A stretch of 64,000 bases of DNA from Anaerotignum sp. (GCA_045630845.1 JAZQTP010000045.1:16526-80525), one strand, 5' to 3'; counted from the first letter of the stretch, positions 9,567-21,000 are shown. The notes: generated by a model from the letters alone, not told the origin. Program-made: numbers and translations.

Positions 9567-10100
9567 ATGCGCAAAACACTATGCATTGCATCTGTAATAA
9601 GCTTTCTGTTTTTTTTGTTTCTGGGCTATTCTCATGCACTTTTGGTGGGAGAGCGGGAAGAACGGGAAACAGCAGAGGCACCTGTTATGCAGCAGAGAAA
9701 TATCATACTGCCGGATACCAGAATGGTATATCAGTATTTTTATACATCAGATCGGGTAACGAAGGAAGAGAGCGAGAAAGCACCGGAATTTTTGCAGGGG
9801 CTGGATATGCAGCAGCTGGAAAGTGTATATAACGGTTGGCAAATCGTTTTATTTTCTCCGGAAACAGTGATTCTGCGATGCAGCATAGAAGGGCTTAGCA
9901 GTGAAACCTATATTCTGGGTGAAGAAGATGGATTTCTTGCGGTTTTTTATGAGGATGCACAGCATATGATACGCTTAAAGGAACGCACGGATATTCCGCT
10001 TTCTGTGCTTGCAGAGGAAGAAACGGAAAAGCTGCGGGAAGGGATGCGTGTGATAGGAGAAGAAGAATTGGCAAGGGTTTTATCTGATCTAAATAGCTGA
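9567..10100 (+). CDS. hypothetical membrane-anchored/secreted protein (177 aa)
   Basis: N-terminal hydrophobic segment CIASVISFLFFLFLGY and an AGAGGTGG RBS. The C-terminal part vaguely recalls BofC-like domains, but I cannot support that call. Confidence 0.5.
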   Translation: MRKTLCIASVISFLFFLFLGYSHALLVGEREERETAEAPVMQQRNIILPDTRMVYQYFYTSDRVTKEESEKAPEFLQGLDMQQLESVYNGWQIVLFSPETVILRCSIEGLSSETYILGEEDGFLAVFYEDAQHMIRLKERTDIPLSVLAEEETEKLREGMRVIGEEELARVLSDLNS

Positions 10101-10227
10101 TGATTTGTGGTTGAGCGATTGGGATAGATAAATTTTGTCTTGCAAGCGGGAATATTATTGCAAAAACGCTATGATTTTTGTAAAGCAAGCGTTATCTATA
10201 TCTCGAATAATTCAATAAATATTTGCA

Positions 10228-10267
10228 AAGGGGCAGCCGGTATCAGGCTGCCCTTTCTTCTTTTTTT
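10228..10267 (+). terminator. intrinsic terminator
   Basis: Stem gggcagcc (10231-10238) / ggctgccc (10246-10253) followed by a T-rich run, tttcttcttttttt. Confidence 0.75.
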
Positions 10268-10317
10268 CATATATGGGATATTTCGATTTCAAGCGGGGGG
10301 CTTCTGGCTGCTTCTGA

Positions 10318-10347
10318 TTGACATAATGGATGAAAAACGGGTATAAT
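10318..10347 (+). promoter_or_regulatory. consensus sigma-A promoter of the GH13 gene
   Basis: TTGACA (10318-10323), 18-nt spacer, TATAAT (10342-10347). Confidence 0.6.
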
Positions 10348-10385
10348 ATTCCCATTGCTTGATAAAAGGATAAGGTGGTGTATGT

Positions 10386-12434
10386 ATGCCAGAGAGAGAA
10401 CTATCCGGCATTTTTTTGTCTGCTGCGGAATTTCGTGCACAGGCAGTATATAGTGATGAAACAATGCAATTTCGTTTTCCCGTTGAGCCTCTTTCTACGG
10501 ATGAGGTAACGGTTCGGCTTCGTGTGGGGCAGGGGAGCTTTTCCGCTGTTTTTTTATGCACAGCGGAAAGAGAGTATCTGATGGAGGAAGAGGAGAATGA
10601 TGGTATTTTTCAGTATTATAGTGTCGTGCTTCCGCCAACAGAAAAAAAGATTTGCTATATTTTTCGCTTGCAATATGGCGAAGCAGAGGCTTTTTATACA
10701 AAATACGGCTATGCAGAAGAATTTAAGGGCGAAGGCTTCTTTGAAATCATCCGTGATTTTACAACGCCGGATTGGGCAAAGGGTGCGGTTATGTATCAAA
10801 TCTACCCTGACCGCTTCTGCAATGGCGACACTTCCAATGATGTAAAAACCAATGAATATCTGTATTTGAATCGAATGGTGGCGCAGGTGGAGAACTGGGA
10901 AACGCCGCCGGCAGCAACAGATGTCAATCATTTTTACGGAGGAGATTTGCAGGGGGTTATCCATAAGCTGGATTATCTGAAGGAGCTGGGGATAGAGGTC
11001 ATTTATTTTAATCCGCTATTTGTTTCCCCCAGTAATCATAAATATGATGCACAGGATTATCACCATATTGATCCCCATTTCGGAAAAATCGTAAGGGATG
11101 GTGGGCAAGTGCTGCAATCAGACGCAGTAACCAATGAGGCTGCGACCATGTATGCTATCCGTACTACCAGCGAGGAAAATCTGACCGCTTCCGACTGGTT
11201 GTTCATCGAATTGGTGGAGAAAGCCCACGCAAGAGGGATTCGTGTGTTGGTAGACGGTGTATTCAACCATTGTGGTGCGTTCCATAAATGGTTGGATAGA
11301 GAGGGTTTTTATAAAAACAGCGAAAAAGGTGCTTATCAGCACGAAACAAGCATTTATCGGGATTATTTTTACTGGAAAGAAGATGGCAGCTACGAAGGCT
11401 GGTGGGATTATGAAAATCACCCCAAGTTGAATGAAGAAGGCTGTGCCGAGCTGAAGCAGGAAATTCTGGATATTGGGAAAAAATGGGTTTCTGCGCCATT
11501 TCATGCAGATGGCTGGCGTCTGGATGTGGCGGCAGACCTTGGGAAAACAGAAGCTTTCAATCATCAGTTTTGGGCAGAATTTCGGGATGCCATAAAAGGT
11601 GTTTCCGCAGATAAGCTGATTTTGGCAGAGCATTATGGCGATGCCTCTGGCTGGCTGCAGGGCGATGAATGGGATTCCATCATGAACTATGATGCTTTTA
11701 TGGAGCCGATTACATGGTTTTTGACCGGTGTTTCCAAGCATAGCACGGAAGAAAGAGAAGATATGTATAATGATGCGGATATATTCTGGCGAACCATGAT
11801 TTATCAGATGGGCAAGCTCCCAATTCAAGCGTTGATGGTTTCCATGAATGAGCTTTCCAATCACGACCATTCTCGGTTTTTGACCAGAACAAACCGCAGA
11901 GTCGGCAGATTGCAGACAGATGGCACAGAGGCTGCCTCCAGAGGAACGGATAAGGCAGTTTTGCGGGAAGCGGTGCTGCTGCAGATGACATGGCTCGGTG
12001 CGCCTACGGTTTATTATGGGGATGAAGCGGGGCTTGCTGGCTGGACAGACCCCGATAATAGGCGTACCTATCCTTGGGGCAAGGAGGACCATAGACTGAT
12101 TGCCTTCCATAAAGAGGCAATTCATTTGAGAAAAGAAAATCCGGTGCTGCGTCATGGCTCCTTGCTGCATCTTTATGGAGAGTATGGCGTGATTGCCTAC
12201 GGACGCTTTGATAGAGAGGATAAATTTGTGATTGCGCTCAATAATACCGAAGAAGTGAAAAGTCTTTTGGTGCCGGTATGGCAGATTGGCTGCGCTTTGG
12301 AGGGAGCGTTGGAATGTCGGCTGATGACCAGCAGAGAGGGCTTTTCCACTTTTGGCTTCTGTTATGCGGTAAAGGGCGGTATAGCGGAAATTACGCTGCC
12401 GCCAAAGGGTGCTGTTGTGCTAAAGGAAGTGTAA
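10386..12434 (+). CDS. glycoside hydrolase family 13 (neopullulanase / cyclomaltodextrinase / alpha-glucosidase-like)
   Basis: GH13 conserved regions DGVFNH, GWRLDVAADL, LAEHYGD and NHDHSR, preceded by DRFCNGDTSND and GGDLQG. Confidence 0.85.
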   Translation: MPERELSGIFLSAAEFRAQAVYSDETMQFRFPVEPLSTDEVTVRLRVGQGSFSAVFLCTAEREYLMEEEENDGIFQYYSVVLPPTEKKICYIFRLQYGEAEAFYTKYGYAEEFKGEGFFEIIRDFTTPDWAKGAVMYQIYPDRFCNGDTSNDVKTNEYLYLNRMVAQVENWETPPAATDVNHFYGGDLQGVIHKLDYLKELGIEVIYFNPLFVSPSNHKYDAQDYHHIDPHFGKIVRDGGQVLQSDAVTNEAATMYAIRTTSEENLTASDWLFIELVEKAHARGIRVLVDGVFNHCGAFHKWLDREGFYKNSEKGAYQHETSIYRDYFYWKEDGSYEGWWDYENHPKLNEEGCAELKQEILDIGKKWVSAPFHADGWRLDVAADLGKTEAFNHQFWAEFRDAIKGVSADKLILAEHYGDASGWLQGDEWDSIMNYDAFMEPITWFLTGVSKHSTEEREDMYNDADIFWRTMIYQMGKLPIQALMVSMNELSNHDHSRFLTRTNRRVGRLQTDGTEAASRGTDKAVLREAVLLQMTWLGAPTVYYGDEAGLAGWTDPDNRRTYPWGKEDHRLIAFHKEAIHLRKENPVLRHGSLLHLYGEYGVIAYGRFDREDKFVIALNNTEEVKSLLVPVWQIGCALEGALECRLMTSREGFSTFGFCYAVKGGIAEITLPPKGAVVLKEV

Positions 12435-12435
12435 C

Positions 12436-13101
12436 ATGAATATAGAGATTTTATATGAGGACGAAACGCTCCTTGGGGTAGTAAAGCCGCAAGGGATGCC
12501 GGCGCAGGCAGATAAAACAGGAGATGCAGACCTACTTTCCATGCTGGAGGAATATGCAGGACAGTCCCTTGGACTGCTGCATCGGCTGGATAGACCTGTT
12601 GGCGGTGTTATGCTGTTTGCAAAAAGCAAGCAGGCAGAGGCTATATTGGCAAAGGATTTGCAGGAGCATCGGCTGAAGAAAACATATCTGACGGTATTAT
12701 GCGGCAAATTACCTGCGATAGACGGAACGCTGGAAAATTACCTTTTGAAAAATGCCCGCACCAACCTTTCCGAGGTTGTGTCTAAAGAGAGAAAGGGCGC
12801 AAAAAGAGCAGTTCTGCATTATAGAAGAATTGCGGAAATGGAAACGGATATGGGATATCTGACGCTGGCGGAGATTGTGTTGGAAACAGGACGCCATCAT
12901 CAGATTCGTGTGCAGACCTCCCATGCAGGCTTTCCCATTTGGGGGGATAAAAAATACCACAAAACCTTCTCCCGAAAAGGGAAAACAGAGATTGCACTCT
13001 GGTCTTATCGTCTGGAGGGGATACACCCTGTTACAAAAAAGCCTTTTCTACTGACGGCAAAGCCGGAGAAAGAACCCTTTTCCTGCTTTGCGGAGGAATG
13101 A
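12436..13101 (+). CDS. RluA-family pseudouridine synthase
   Basis: HRLDRPVGGVMLFAKS (catalytic Asp motif) and GRHHQIRVQ. Its start lies 1 nt after the GH13 stop codon. Confidence 0.8.
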   Translation: MNIEILYEDETLLGVVKPQGMPAQADKTGDADLLSMLEEYAGQSLGLLHRLDRPVGGVMLFAKSKQAEAILAKDLQEHRLKKTYLTVLCGKLPAIDGTLENYLLKNARTNLSEVVSKERKGAKRAVLHYRRIAEMETDMGYLTLAEIVLETGRHHQIRVQTSHAGFPIWGDKKYHKTFSRKGKTEIALWSYRLEGIHPVTKKPFLLTAKPEKEPFSCFAEE

Positions 13102-13196
13102 AAGGAATTGCAAGAAAGAGGCATAAAGGCAATACCGAAATAATCTGCGCGCAGATGTCCCTGTAGTGAATTGTGCGGCGTTGCCTAAAGTATCCT

Positions 13197-13225
13197 TTGC
13201 ATTTTTTTTCGGTGTGATATATAAT
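13197..13225 (+). promoter_or_regulatory. sigma-A-type promoter upstream of clpC
   Basis: TTGCAT (13197-13202), 17-nt spacer, TATAAT (13220-13225). It would give a leader of about 110 nt. Confidence 0.5.
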
Positions 13226-13340
13226 AAGAAACGGCAAAAGGAATATCAAGTAAAAGAACTTTCGGGTTCTTTTATTTTCTACAATAAATTAGCAATCACA
13301 GCCTTTATTGGCTAACAAATTGATGGGATGGTGAAAAATA

Positions 13341-15782
13341 ATGCCGGAATATACGAGTAAAGCGAAAGAGGTGCTGGAGCGGGCAAAGGATGCTGCGGCA
13401 ACGCTGGGGAATGAATATATCGGAACAGAGCATATTCTGCTGGGCTTGACACTGGTGCAGCAGAGCGTGGCTGCAAAGGCACTGGAAAGCAGAAATGTGA
13501 CATATCATCAAGTGATGGAGCGAATTACGGCGCTGCAAAGCGGAAAGAAAAAGCATACTGTACCTGTAGATATGACGCCGCGGGCAAAGCGTGTGATAGA
13601 GCTGAGCAGACAGGAGGCTTTCCAGATGGAGGCGGCGGAGATTGGAACAGAGCATCTCCTGATTGGTCTTTTGAGAGAAACGGATACCCTTGCGTCACAG
13701 ATTATGACGGGGCTGGGTGTCAATATACAAGCATTATATGAGGACATTATGCTGATGCTTGGAGAAAGCGAAGGCCAACCTGCGGATATGAGGGGGATGC
13801 TGGAGCGCCCGATGGAGGATATGTCCGATGGAACGGAAACACTGGAAAAATACAGCCGTGATTTGACATTAGCTGCCAAAGAGGGGAAGTTTGATCCCAT
13901 TGTAGGCAGAGAGGCAGAGGTTGAACGGATCATACAGATATTAAGCAGAAGAACGAAAAATAATCCCTGTCTGACCGGTGATTCTGGCGTAGGGAAAACA
14001 GCTATTGTAGAAGGCCTTGCACAGCGTATTGCGGTGGGAAATGTGCCGGATACACTGAAGAACAGACGCATCTTTAATCTGGATATTTCTGCTATGGTGG
14101 CAGGCTCCAAATATCGTGGAGAGTTTGAGGAACGGATGAAAAAGGCGCTGGATGAAGTGCGGGCAGACCGCGATATCATTTTGTTTGTGGATGAGCTTCA
14201 TACCATCATCGGTGCCGGTGCAGCAGAAGGCTCTATTGATGCCTCCAATATCTTGAAGCCTGCCATGGCAAGAGGAGAAATTCAGCTGATTGGGGCGACC
14301 ACATTGGAGGAATACCGCAAGCATATCGAAAAAGACCCTGCCTTTGAGCGGCGTTTTCAGCCGGTGCGGGTGGAGGAGCCGACGGAAGAAGTGGCAATAC
14401 AAATGCTGGAAGCCCTAAAGGAACGCTACGAAATGCACCATGGCGTTGTAATCACACAGGAAGCACTGGAGGCGGCGGTGAAGCTTTCGGCGCGCTATGT
14501 TTCCGACCGTTTCCTGCCGGATAAGGCGATTGACCTCATCGACGAAGCGGCATCCAGATTGCGGCTGCATACATCCGCAGAACCGCCGATGATACTGGAG
14601 CTGGAAAGCAACATTCAAAAAATGGAGCAGGAAAAGGAAGCCGCTATTAAGGCGGAGGATTTTGAAAAGGCGGCACAGCTGAAAAGGGGACAACATTCTC
14701 TGCGTATCAGCTTACAGCTTGCCAGAGAAGTTTTGGCGAAGGAGAAGGCTGTTGCGGTTGTGACGAAGGAAGAAATTGCGGCTGTGGTATCCCACTGGAC
14801 AGGTGTGCCTGTGCAGAGCCTGCAGGAGGAGGAAAGCCAGCGCTTGCTCCGCTTGGAGGAAACTCTGCATCGGCGGGTGATTGGGCAGGAGGAGGCGATA
14901 AAGTCGCTTTCCAAGGCAGTGCGTCGTGGTCGTGTGGGGTTGAAAGACCCGAACAGACCGATTGGCTCTTTCTTATTCCTTGGCCCTACAGGTGTAGGTA
15001 AAACGGAGCTTTCCAAGGCACTGGCAGAGGCGTTGTTCGGGGATGAAAATGCAATGGTGCGTATTGATATGTCTGAATATATGGAAAAGCACAGTGTTTC
15101 TCGTATGGTTGGTTCTCCTCCGGGCTATGTTGGCTACGAAGAGGGCGGTCAGCTCAGTGAAAAGGTACGCCGCAATCCGTATTCTGTGGTATTGTTCGAT
15201 GAGATTGAAAAGGCATCGCCTGAGGTGTTCAATATCCTGTTACAGGTGCTGGATGATGGGCATATCACCGATGGTCAGGGCAGAAAAATAGACTTCAAGA
15301 ATACAGTCATCATCATGACCTCTAACGCAGGGGCAAGAAGCATCGCTGCACCCAAGCGCCTTGGCTTTACCAGTGTGGAAACAGCAGAGCAGAGCTATGC
15401 CCACATGAAAAAGGGTGTCATGGAGGAAGTGAAGCATATATTCAAGCCGGAGTTCCTCAATCGTATTGATGATATTATCGTGTTCCATCCACTGGAAAAA
15501 GAGGATATTATCCGCATTGTAAAAATGATGACGGATATTCTGACAAAACGCATTCAAGAGAATATGAATATCAAAGCAAGCTTTACGGAAAAAGCGCTGG
15601 AAAGGCTGGCGGAGGACGGCTACGATAAAGCCTACGGTGCAAGACCCTTGAAGCGTGCCATCCAATCCCGGATAGAGGATGCCTTTGCGGAGGCGTATCT
15701 TAGGGGGGATTTTGCGGCGGGGGATAAAATCTCTGTTGGGCTAAAAGCAAACGGCACTTTCCATTTCCGTGTGGTAAAATAA
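13341..15782 (+). CDS. clpC: ATP-dependent Clp protease ATP-binding subunit ClpC
   Basis: Clp_N repeats (GTEHILLGL, GTEHLLIGL), two Walker A motifs (GDSGVGKT, GPTGVGKT) and a UVR-like linker (EDFEKAAQLKRGQ). 813 aa, immediately upstream of radA as in other Firmicutes. Confidence 0.9.
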   Translation: MPEYTSKAKEVLERAKDAAATLGNEYIGTEHILLGLTLVQQSVAAKALESRNVTYHQVMERITALQSGKKKHTVPVDMTPRAKRVIELSRQEAFQMEAAEIGTEHLLIGLLRETDTLASQIMTGLGVNIQALYEDIMLMLGESEGQPADMRGMLERPMEDMSDGTETLEKYSRDLTLAAKEGKFDPIVGREAEVERIIQILSRRTKNNPCLTGDSGVGKTAIVEGLAQRIAVGNVPDTLKNRRIFNLDISAMVAGSKYRGEFEERMKKALDEVRADRDIILFVDELHTIIGAGAAEGSIDASNILKPAMARGEIQLIGATTLEEYRKHIEKDPAFERRFQPVRVEEPTEEVAIQMLEALKERYEMHHGVVITQEALEAAVKLSARYVSDRFLPDKAIDLIDEAASRLRLHTSAEPPMILELESNIQKMEQEKEAAIKAEDFEKAAQLKRGQHSLRISLQLAREVLAKEKAVAVVTKEEIAAVVSHWTGVPVQSLQEEESQRLLRLEETLHRRVIGQEEAIKSLSKAVRRGRVGLKDPNRPIGSFLFLGPTGVGKTELSKALAEALFGDENAMVRIDMSEYMEKHSVSRMVGSPPGYVGYEEGGQLSEKVRRNPYSVVLFDEIEKASPEVFNILLQVLDDGHITDGQGRKIDFKNTVIIMTSNAGARSIAAPKRLGFTSVETAEQSYAHMKKGVMEEVKHIFKPEFLNRIDDIIVFHPLEKEDIIRIVKMMTDILTKRIQENMNIKASFTEKALERLAEDGYDKAYGARPLKRAIQSRIEDAFAEAYLRGDFAAGDKISVGLKANGTFHFRVVK

Positions 15783-15955
15783 AATAATTTATGTTTATTT
15801 ATCAAAAATTGCTATGACAAATGATAAAATTATGATATACTGTGTAATAGTATAGCCATTTTATGGGGCTGTGCGAAAAAAACAGGTTAATCCATTCAGG
15901 CAGCCTTAGGCTGCCTTGACGAAACATAATAGAGAAGTGACTGGAGGTACTGAAA

Positions 15956-16369
15956 ATGGCAGTAATCGAAGAATTAATCAGACAGGAAGAAAATGGCACA
16001 ATTAGCTTCGGAAATCATCTGATGGATGAAAAGAAAAAGGTTCTGGATTTTGAAGTAAATGGTGATTTGTATAAAGTAAAAACATTCTGTGAAATCACAA
16101 AGCTGGAAAAGAATGGGAAAATGCTTCTGGAAGCAGTGCCCGGTGCAACCGTACATAATTTCGAGATGGACGAAAAAGGGGCTCGTTTCACAGTGGAAGG
16201 TGCAGAGGATGCGCAGATTACAATGGAGCTGGAGCCGGAAACAGAATATAAAATTCTGATTGATGATGTGAATGTTGGCAAAATGAAATCCAATCTGAGC
16301 GGTAAGGTGACCTTCAGCGTAGAGCTGCAGAAAGGTATGCCTGCTGTTGCAATCGAAAAAATCGGCTGA
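15956..16369 (+). CDS. hypothetical protein (137 aa)
   Basis: ATG with a GGAGG RBS and its own terminator downstream. No motif recognised. Confidence 0.55.
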   Translation: MAVIEELIRQEENGTISFGNHLMDEKKKVLDFEVNGDLYKVKTFCEITKLEKNGKMLLEAVPGATVHNFEMDEKGARFTVEGAEDAQITMELEPETEYKILIDDVNVGKMKSNLSGKVTFSVELQKGMPAVAIEKIG

Positions 16370-16377
16370 TAAAAAAG

Positions 16378-16410
16378 GGGACTGTAATCTGATTACAGTT
16401 CCTTTTTTTT
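16378..16410 (+). terminator. intrinsic terminator
   Basis: ggactgtaatc / gattacagttcc stem followed by T8. It lies inside the ORF-track N-terminal extension of radA, which argues against that extension. Confidence 0.8.
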
Positions 16411-16442
16411 ATAAAATTTTTCACAAAAGGAATGGTGGAGAA

Positions 16443-17825
16443 ATGAAGACAAAAACTGTATATAAATGCACAAGCTGTGGATACAAAAGTCCGAAATGGG
16501 TAGGGAAATGTCCTGATTGTGGAGAGTGGAATACATTTCTGGAAATAGAGGAAACAAAAGCAAAAGGGGGGAAGGCGGTGTCGAAGCAGCCCCTTTCTCG
16601 CCTTGCGGATGTGGAAACAGGGAATGACCTACGCCTCTTGACAGGCATCACGGAATTTGATCGGGTGATGGGTGGTGGCATCGTGCGGGATTCGGTCACC
16701 ATCATCACCTCTCCGCCCGGCGGCGGCAAATCCACGCTCTCGCTGATGGCAGCAGCAGCCCTTGCAAGGGATGGCTTCCGTGTGCTTTATGCCAGTGGGG
16801 AGGAAAGCGACAGCCAGATCAAAAGCAGGGCAGACCGTATTCTGCAAAGTATTGAAAAAAACATCTGGATTTTGGCGGATACCTCTATGGATCGTGTGCT
16901 GGATGCCATTGTGGAGATTGATGCGGATTTTATCATTCTGGATAGTATTCAGACCTTTTCCTTGGCGGAATTTCTGCCATCCAGAGCAGGCAACCCCACT
17001 CAGACTATGGAATGTGCCTCTGCGCTGGTGCAGATGGCGAAGAATAAAAGCCGTCCCCGTGCGGTGCTGATGATTGGGCAGATGAATAAAAGCGACGAGA
17101 TTGCAGGGCTGCGAGCGTTGGAGCATCTGGTGGATACGGTGCTGGTGCTGGAGGGTGAGGGCGCAGACGAGCTACGCTGTCTGGTGGCAACGAAAAACCG
17201 CTTCGGCAGCACAGGAGAAATGGGCTTTTTCACCATGACGGAAAGCGGTCTTGCGTCCATAGAGAACCCTTCCGAATATTTCGTGACCAAAAGGCAGAAG
17301 GGTGAGCCTGTTTCCGGCAGTGCGCTGACAGTACTGAAAGAGGGCAGCCGCCCTGTCATTGCGGAGATAGAAAGTCTGGTTTCCGCAGCCTTTACGCCTT
17401 ATCCTTCCCGCATCAGTGAAACCATGAAAAAGGATACCATGAATACGCTGATTTCTATTCTGGAACAGCGGGGCGGCTTAAAGCTTTATGATAGAAATGT
17501 GGTCATCAAAACAACAGGCGGCTTATATCTGAAAGAACAGGCGGCAAATCTGGCAGTGCTGATGAGTATTGCTTCCTCTGTCTACAATCAGCCAATTCCC
17601 TCTGATTGGGCATTTATTGCCGATGTGGGGCTGACGGGCGAGCTGAAGCGGGTGCCTGCTATGGAAAGCCGTGTGCGGGAGCTTGACAGAATGGGCTTTG
17701 CCAAGGTATTTGTTGCAGCAGATGCCCTGCGTGAGCATCAGATAGAGCAGCTGGAAGTGGTGGAGGTGAAATACCTCTCACAGCTGATGGGTATGCTGTT
17801 TGGCGGAAGAAAGAAAGAAAAATAA
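16443..17825 (+). CDS. radA: DNA repair protein RadA/Sms
   Basis: Zinc finger CTSCGYKSPKWVGKCPDCGEWNTF, Walker A PPGGGKST, a KNRFG motif and a Lon-like C-terminus. The start is at the MKTKTVY ATG at 16443, after GGTGGAG. Confidence 0.9.
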   Translation: MKTKTVYKCTSCGYKSPKWVGKCPDCGEWNTFLEIEETKAKGGKAVSKQPLSRLADVETGNDLRLLTGITEFDRVMGGGIVRDSVTIITSPPGGGKSTLSLMAAAALARDGFRVLYASGEESDSQIKSRADRILQSIEKNIWILADTSMDRVLDAIVEIDADFIILDSIQTFSLAEFLPSRAGNPTQTMECASALVQMAKNKSRPRAVLMIGQMNKSDEIAGLRALEHLVDTVLVLEGEGADELRCLVATKNRFGSTGEMGFFTMTESGLASIENPSEYFVTKRQKGEPVSGSALTVLKEGSRPVIAEIESLVSAAFTPYPSRISETMKKDTMNTLISILEQRGGLKLYDRNVVIKTTGGLYLKEQAANLAVLMSIASSVYNQPIPSDWAFIADVGLTGELKRVPAMESRVRELDRMGFAKVFVAADALREHQIEQLEVVEVKYLSQLMGMLFGGRKKEK

Positions 17826-18002
17826 TGGGGTATGTCCGCTTGGCGGAGATAAAGGTGTTTTTCTGGTGGAACATGGAAAATAATTATTTACGAAAAATGG
17901 AATCTATAGTATAATAATCGTTAATTATCTTTTGGCTGTTTTTCCAAAAGGATGAAATATTCTGCGTTTGATATAGCGTATATGATAAAGGAGGTAATAA
18001 CC

Positions 18003-21000
18003 ATGGGAAATGTAAAAATCAGAAGATATAAAAAGGTTCTCGTGGCAAACCGTGGCGAAATCGCTATTCGTGTATACCGTGCGCTGAATGAGCTTGGTAT
18101 CCAGACAGTCGGCATTTTCTCCAAAGAGGATAAATATGCTCTTTTCCGTACAAAAACGGACGAGGCTTATATGCTGAACCCGGAAAAAGGCCCTCTGGAT
18201 GCGTATCTGGATATTGAAAACATCATCAAGATTGCAAAGGCGAAGGGCGTAGATGCCATCCATCCCGGCTATGGCTTTCTGGCGGAAAATCCCGAATTTG
18301 TAGAAGCCTGTAAAAAAGAGGGCATTGATTTTATCGGCCCTGATGTTGATGTGATGTATAAAATGGGGGATAAAATCTCCTCCAAGAAAATGGCAATCGA
18401 GTGCAATGTGCCTATCATCCCCGGTGTGGATTATGCCATCCGTAATCTGGATGAGGTGCTGGAGGTGGCGGCAAATGTCGGCTACCCTGTGATGCTGAAG
18501 GCGTCTAATGGCGGCGGCGGCCGTGGTATGCGTATCGTAAATACGCCGGAGGAAATGCCTACAGTATTTGAAGAAGCAAGAAACGAAGCGAAAAAAGCCT
18601 TCGGTGATGATAAAATCTTTGTGGAAAAATATCTGCGAGATCCTAAGCATATCGAGGTGCAGGTGCTGGGGGATAAATACGGCAATGTAGTCCATCTGTT
18701 TGACCGTGACTGCTCCGTACAAAGACGCCATCAGAAAGTGGTGGAATTTGCACCTGCCTTCACAGTAAGTGAGCCTGTGCGTGAGAAAATTCTGGCGGAT
18801 GCGGTGCGTCTGTCCAAGTATGTGGGCTATAAAAATGCCGGCACACTGGAATTTCTGGTGGATGCCGATGAAAACTATTACTTCATCGAAATGAACCCTC
18901 GTATTCAGGTAGAGCATACCGTTACGGAGGAAGTGACCGGTGTGGATATTGTGCAGGCACAGATTTTGATTGAGGAGGGTTATCCGTTATATGCCCCTCA
19001 AATTGGTCTGGCTTCGCAGGCGGATGTAAAGTGCAATGCTTACTCCATCCAGCTGCGTATCACAACAGAAGATCCGGCAAATCACTTTATGCCGGATACA
19101 GGCAAAATCAGCGTATATCGTTCTCCTGCCGGAAACGGTATTCGTCTGGATGGTGCGGCAGCCCATGCCGGTGCGGAAATCACACCTTACTACGACTCTT
19201 TGCTGGTTAAGGTCATTGCCCATGACAGAACCTTCCGTGGGGTGACGAACAAAGCAATCCGTGCCATCAAGGAAACCCGTATCCGTGGGGTGAAAACCAA
19301 TATTCCTTTCCTCATCAATGTGTTGCAGAGCAAAACATGGAGAGAGGGGAAATGCACCACCACATTCATCGAAAATACACCCGATTTATTCCATTTTGTA
19401 CCCGGTAAGGACAGGGCGAGCAAAATTGCGGAATTTATCGGCAATCAGATTGTAAACGAATCCAGAGGCGAAAAGCCGCAGTTTGAGCCAATTATTGAGC
19501 CTTCTTTCGGCAAGGCGGAAAATGGCACAACCATTCCCGTATCCGGTGCGAGAGATCAGTTCCTCAAAATGGGCGCAAAGGCTTATACCCAATCTCTGAT
19601 GCAGGAAAAACGCCTCTTTCTTACAGACACCACCATGCGTGATGCCCATCAGTCCCTGATGGCGACCAGATTGCGTACCAATGACCTGCTGGCGGCAGCA
19701 CCTGCCACCAATATGGCAATGGCAAATGCATTCTCTGTGGAAGCATGGGGCGGCGCAACCTTTGATGTGGCATATCGTTTTCTAAAGGAATCCCCTTGGA
19801 TAAGGTTGGATATGCTCAGAGAGGCAATGCCTAATACGCTAATTCAGATGCTGCTGCGTGCCTCCAATGCCGTAGGCTATGCAAACTATCCCGATAATGT
19901 GGTGCGGGAGTTTATCAAGGTTTCTGCGGAAAGGGGTATTGATGTGTTCCGTATTTTCGACTCTCTGAACTGGGTGGAAAATATGAAAATGCCCATCGAG
20001 GAGGCTCTGAAAACAGAGAAAATTATAGAGGGTGCCATCTGCTACACAGGCGACATCCTTGACCCGAAAGAAACCAAATATACATTGGATTATTATGTCA
20101 GAAAAGCCAAAGAGCTGGAGGCTTTGGGCTGTCATATCTTCGCCATTAAGGATATGGCGGGGCTTTTGAAGCCCTATGCGGCGAAAAAGCTGTTCTCTAC
20201 AATGAAAGAGGAGCTGAATATTCCGCTGCATCTGCATACCCATGATACCACAGGCAATGGCGTAAGCACCATTCTGATGGCAGCCGAAGCAGGGGTGCAT
20301 ATTGCCGATGTAGCCATTCAGTCTATGTCCTCGCTGACCTCTCAGCCCTCCATGAACGCAGTGGTGGAAGCATTGAAAGGCACAGAGCGTGACACCGGGC
20401 TGGATACAGACCAGCTGACAGAGCTGAGCCAGTATTATCAAGGTGTGCGCCAGATTTTCACAGGCTTTGAATCCGAAATGAAAACGCCCAATACGGAAAT
20501 CTATAAATACGAAATCCCCGGTGGGCAGTATTCCAACCTGCTGGCGCAGGTAAAGGCAATGGGCTCGGCAGACCAGTTCGAGGAAATCAAGCAGCTTTAT
20601 AAACAGGCGAATGACCTGCTGGGCAATATCGTAAAGGTTACGCCCTCCTCTAAGGTGGTTGGCGATATGGCGATTTTCATGTCTAAAAACGGACTGACGC
20701 AGGGAAATATACTGACAGAAGGCGCAGACCTTTCCTATCCCGATTCCGTGGTGGATTATTTCATGGGAAATATCGGTCAGCCGGAGGGAGGCTTCCCCGA
20801 AGCACTGCAAAAAATCGTGCTAAAGGGTGCAAAACCCATCGAGGGCAGAGCCGGTGCGCTGATGCCGGCGGCGGATTTTGATGCCATTGAAAAGCATCTG
20901 AAAAATGCCCATGCCGTGAAAGAAATCAATTCCAGAAACAAAATCTCCTATGCGCTGTATCCCAAGGTGTATGATGATTATACAAACCATTGGGAGGTTT

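Noticed and set aside
10139-10200. Two gcaagcg motifs and ttgcaa-type half sites downstream of 10100, considered as a CcpA cre site or LacI/MalR operator for the GH13 gene.
   Set aside because: Neither segment fits the cre consensus (TGNAANCGNTNNCA) when aligned. They also lie upstream of a strong terminator (10228-10267), so they are outside the GH13 promoter region.
13253-13282. A hairpin (aaagaac/gttcttt) plus T-rich run about 30 nt downstream of the clpC promoter, considered as an attenuator or tiny sRNA.
   Set aside because: The stem is only 7 bp with two G-C pairs, which is too weak to call a terminator by eye. It is noted only as part of the clpC leader.
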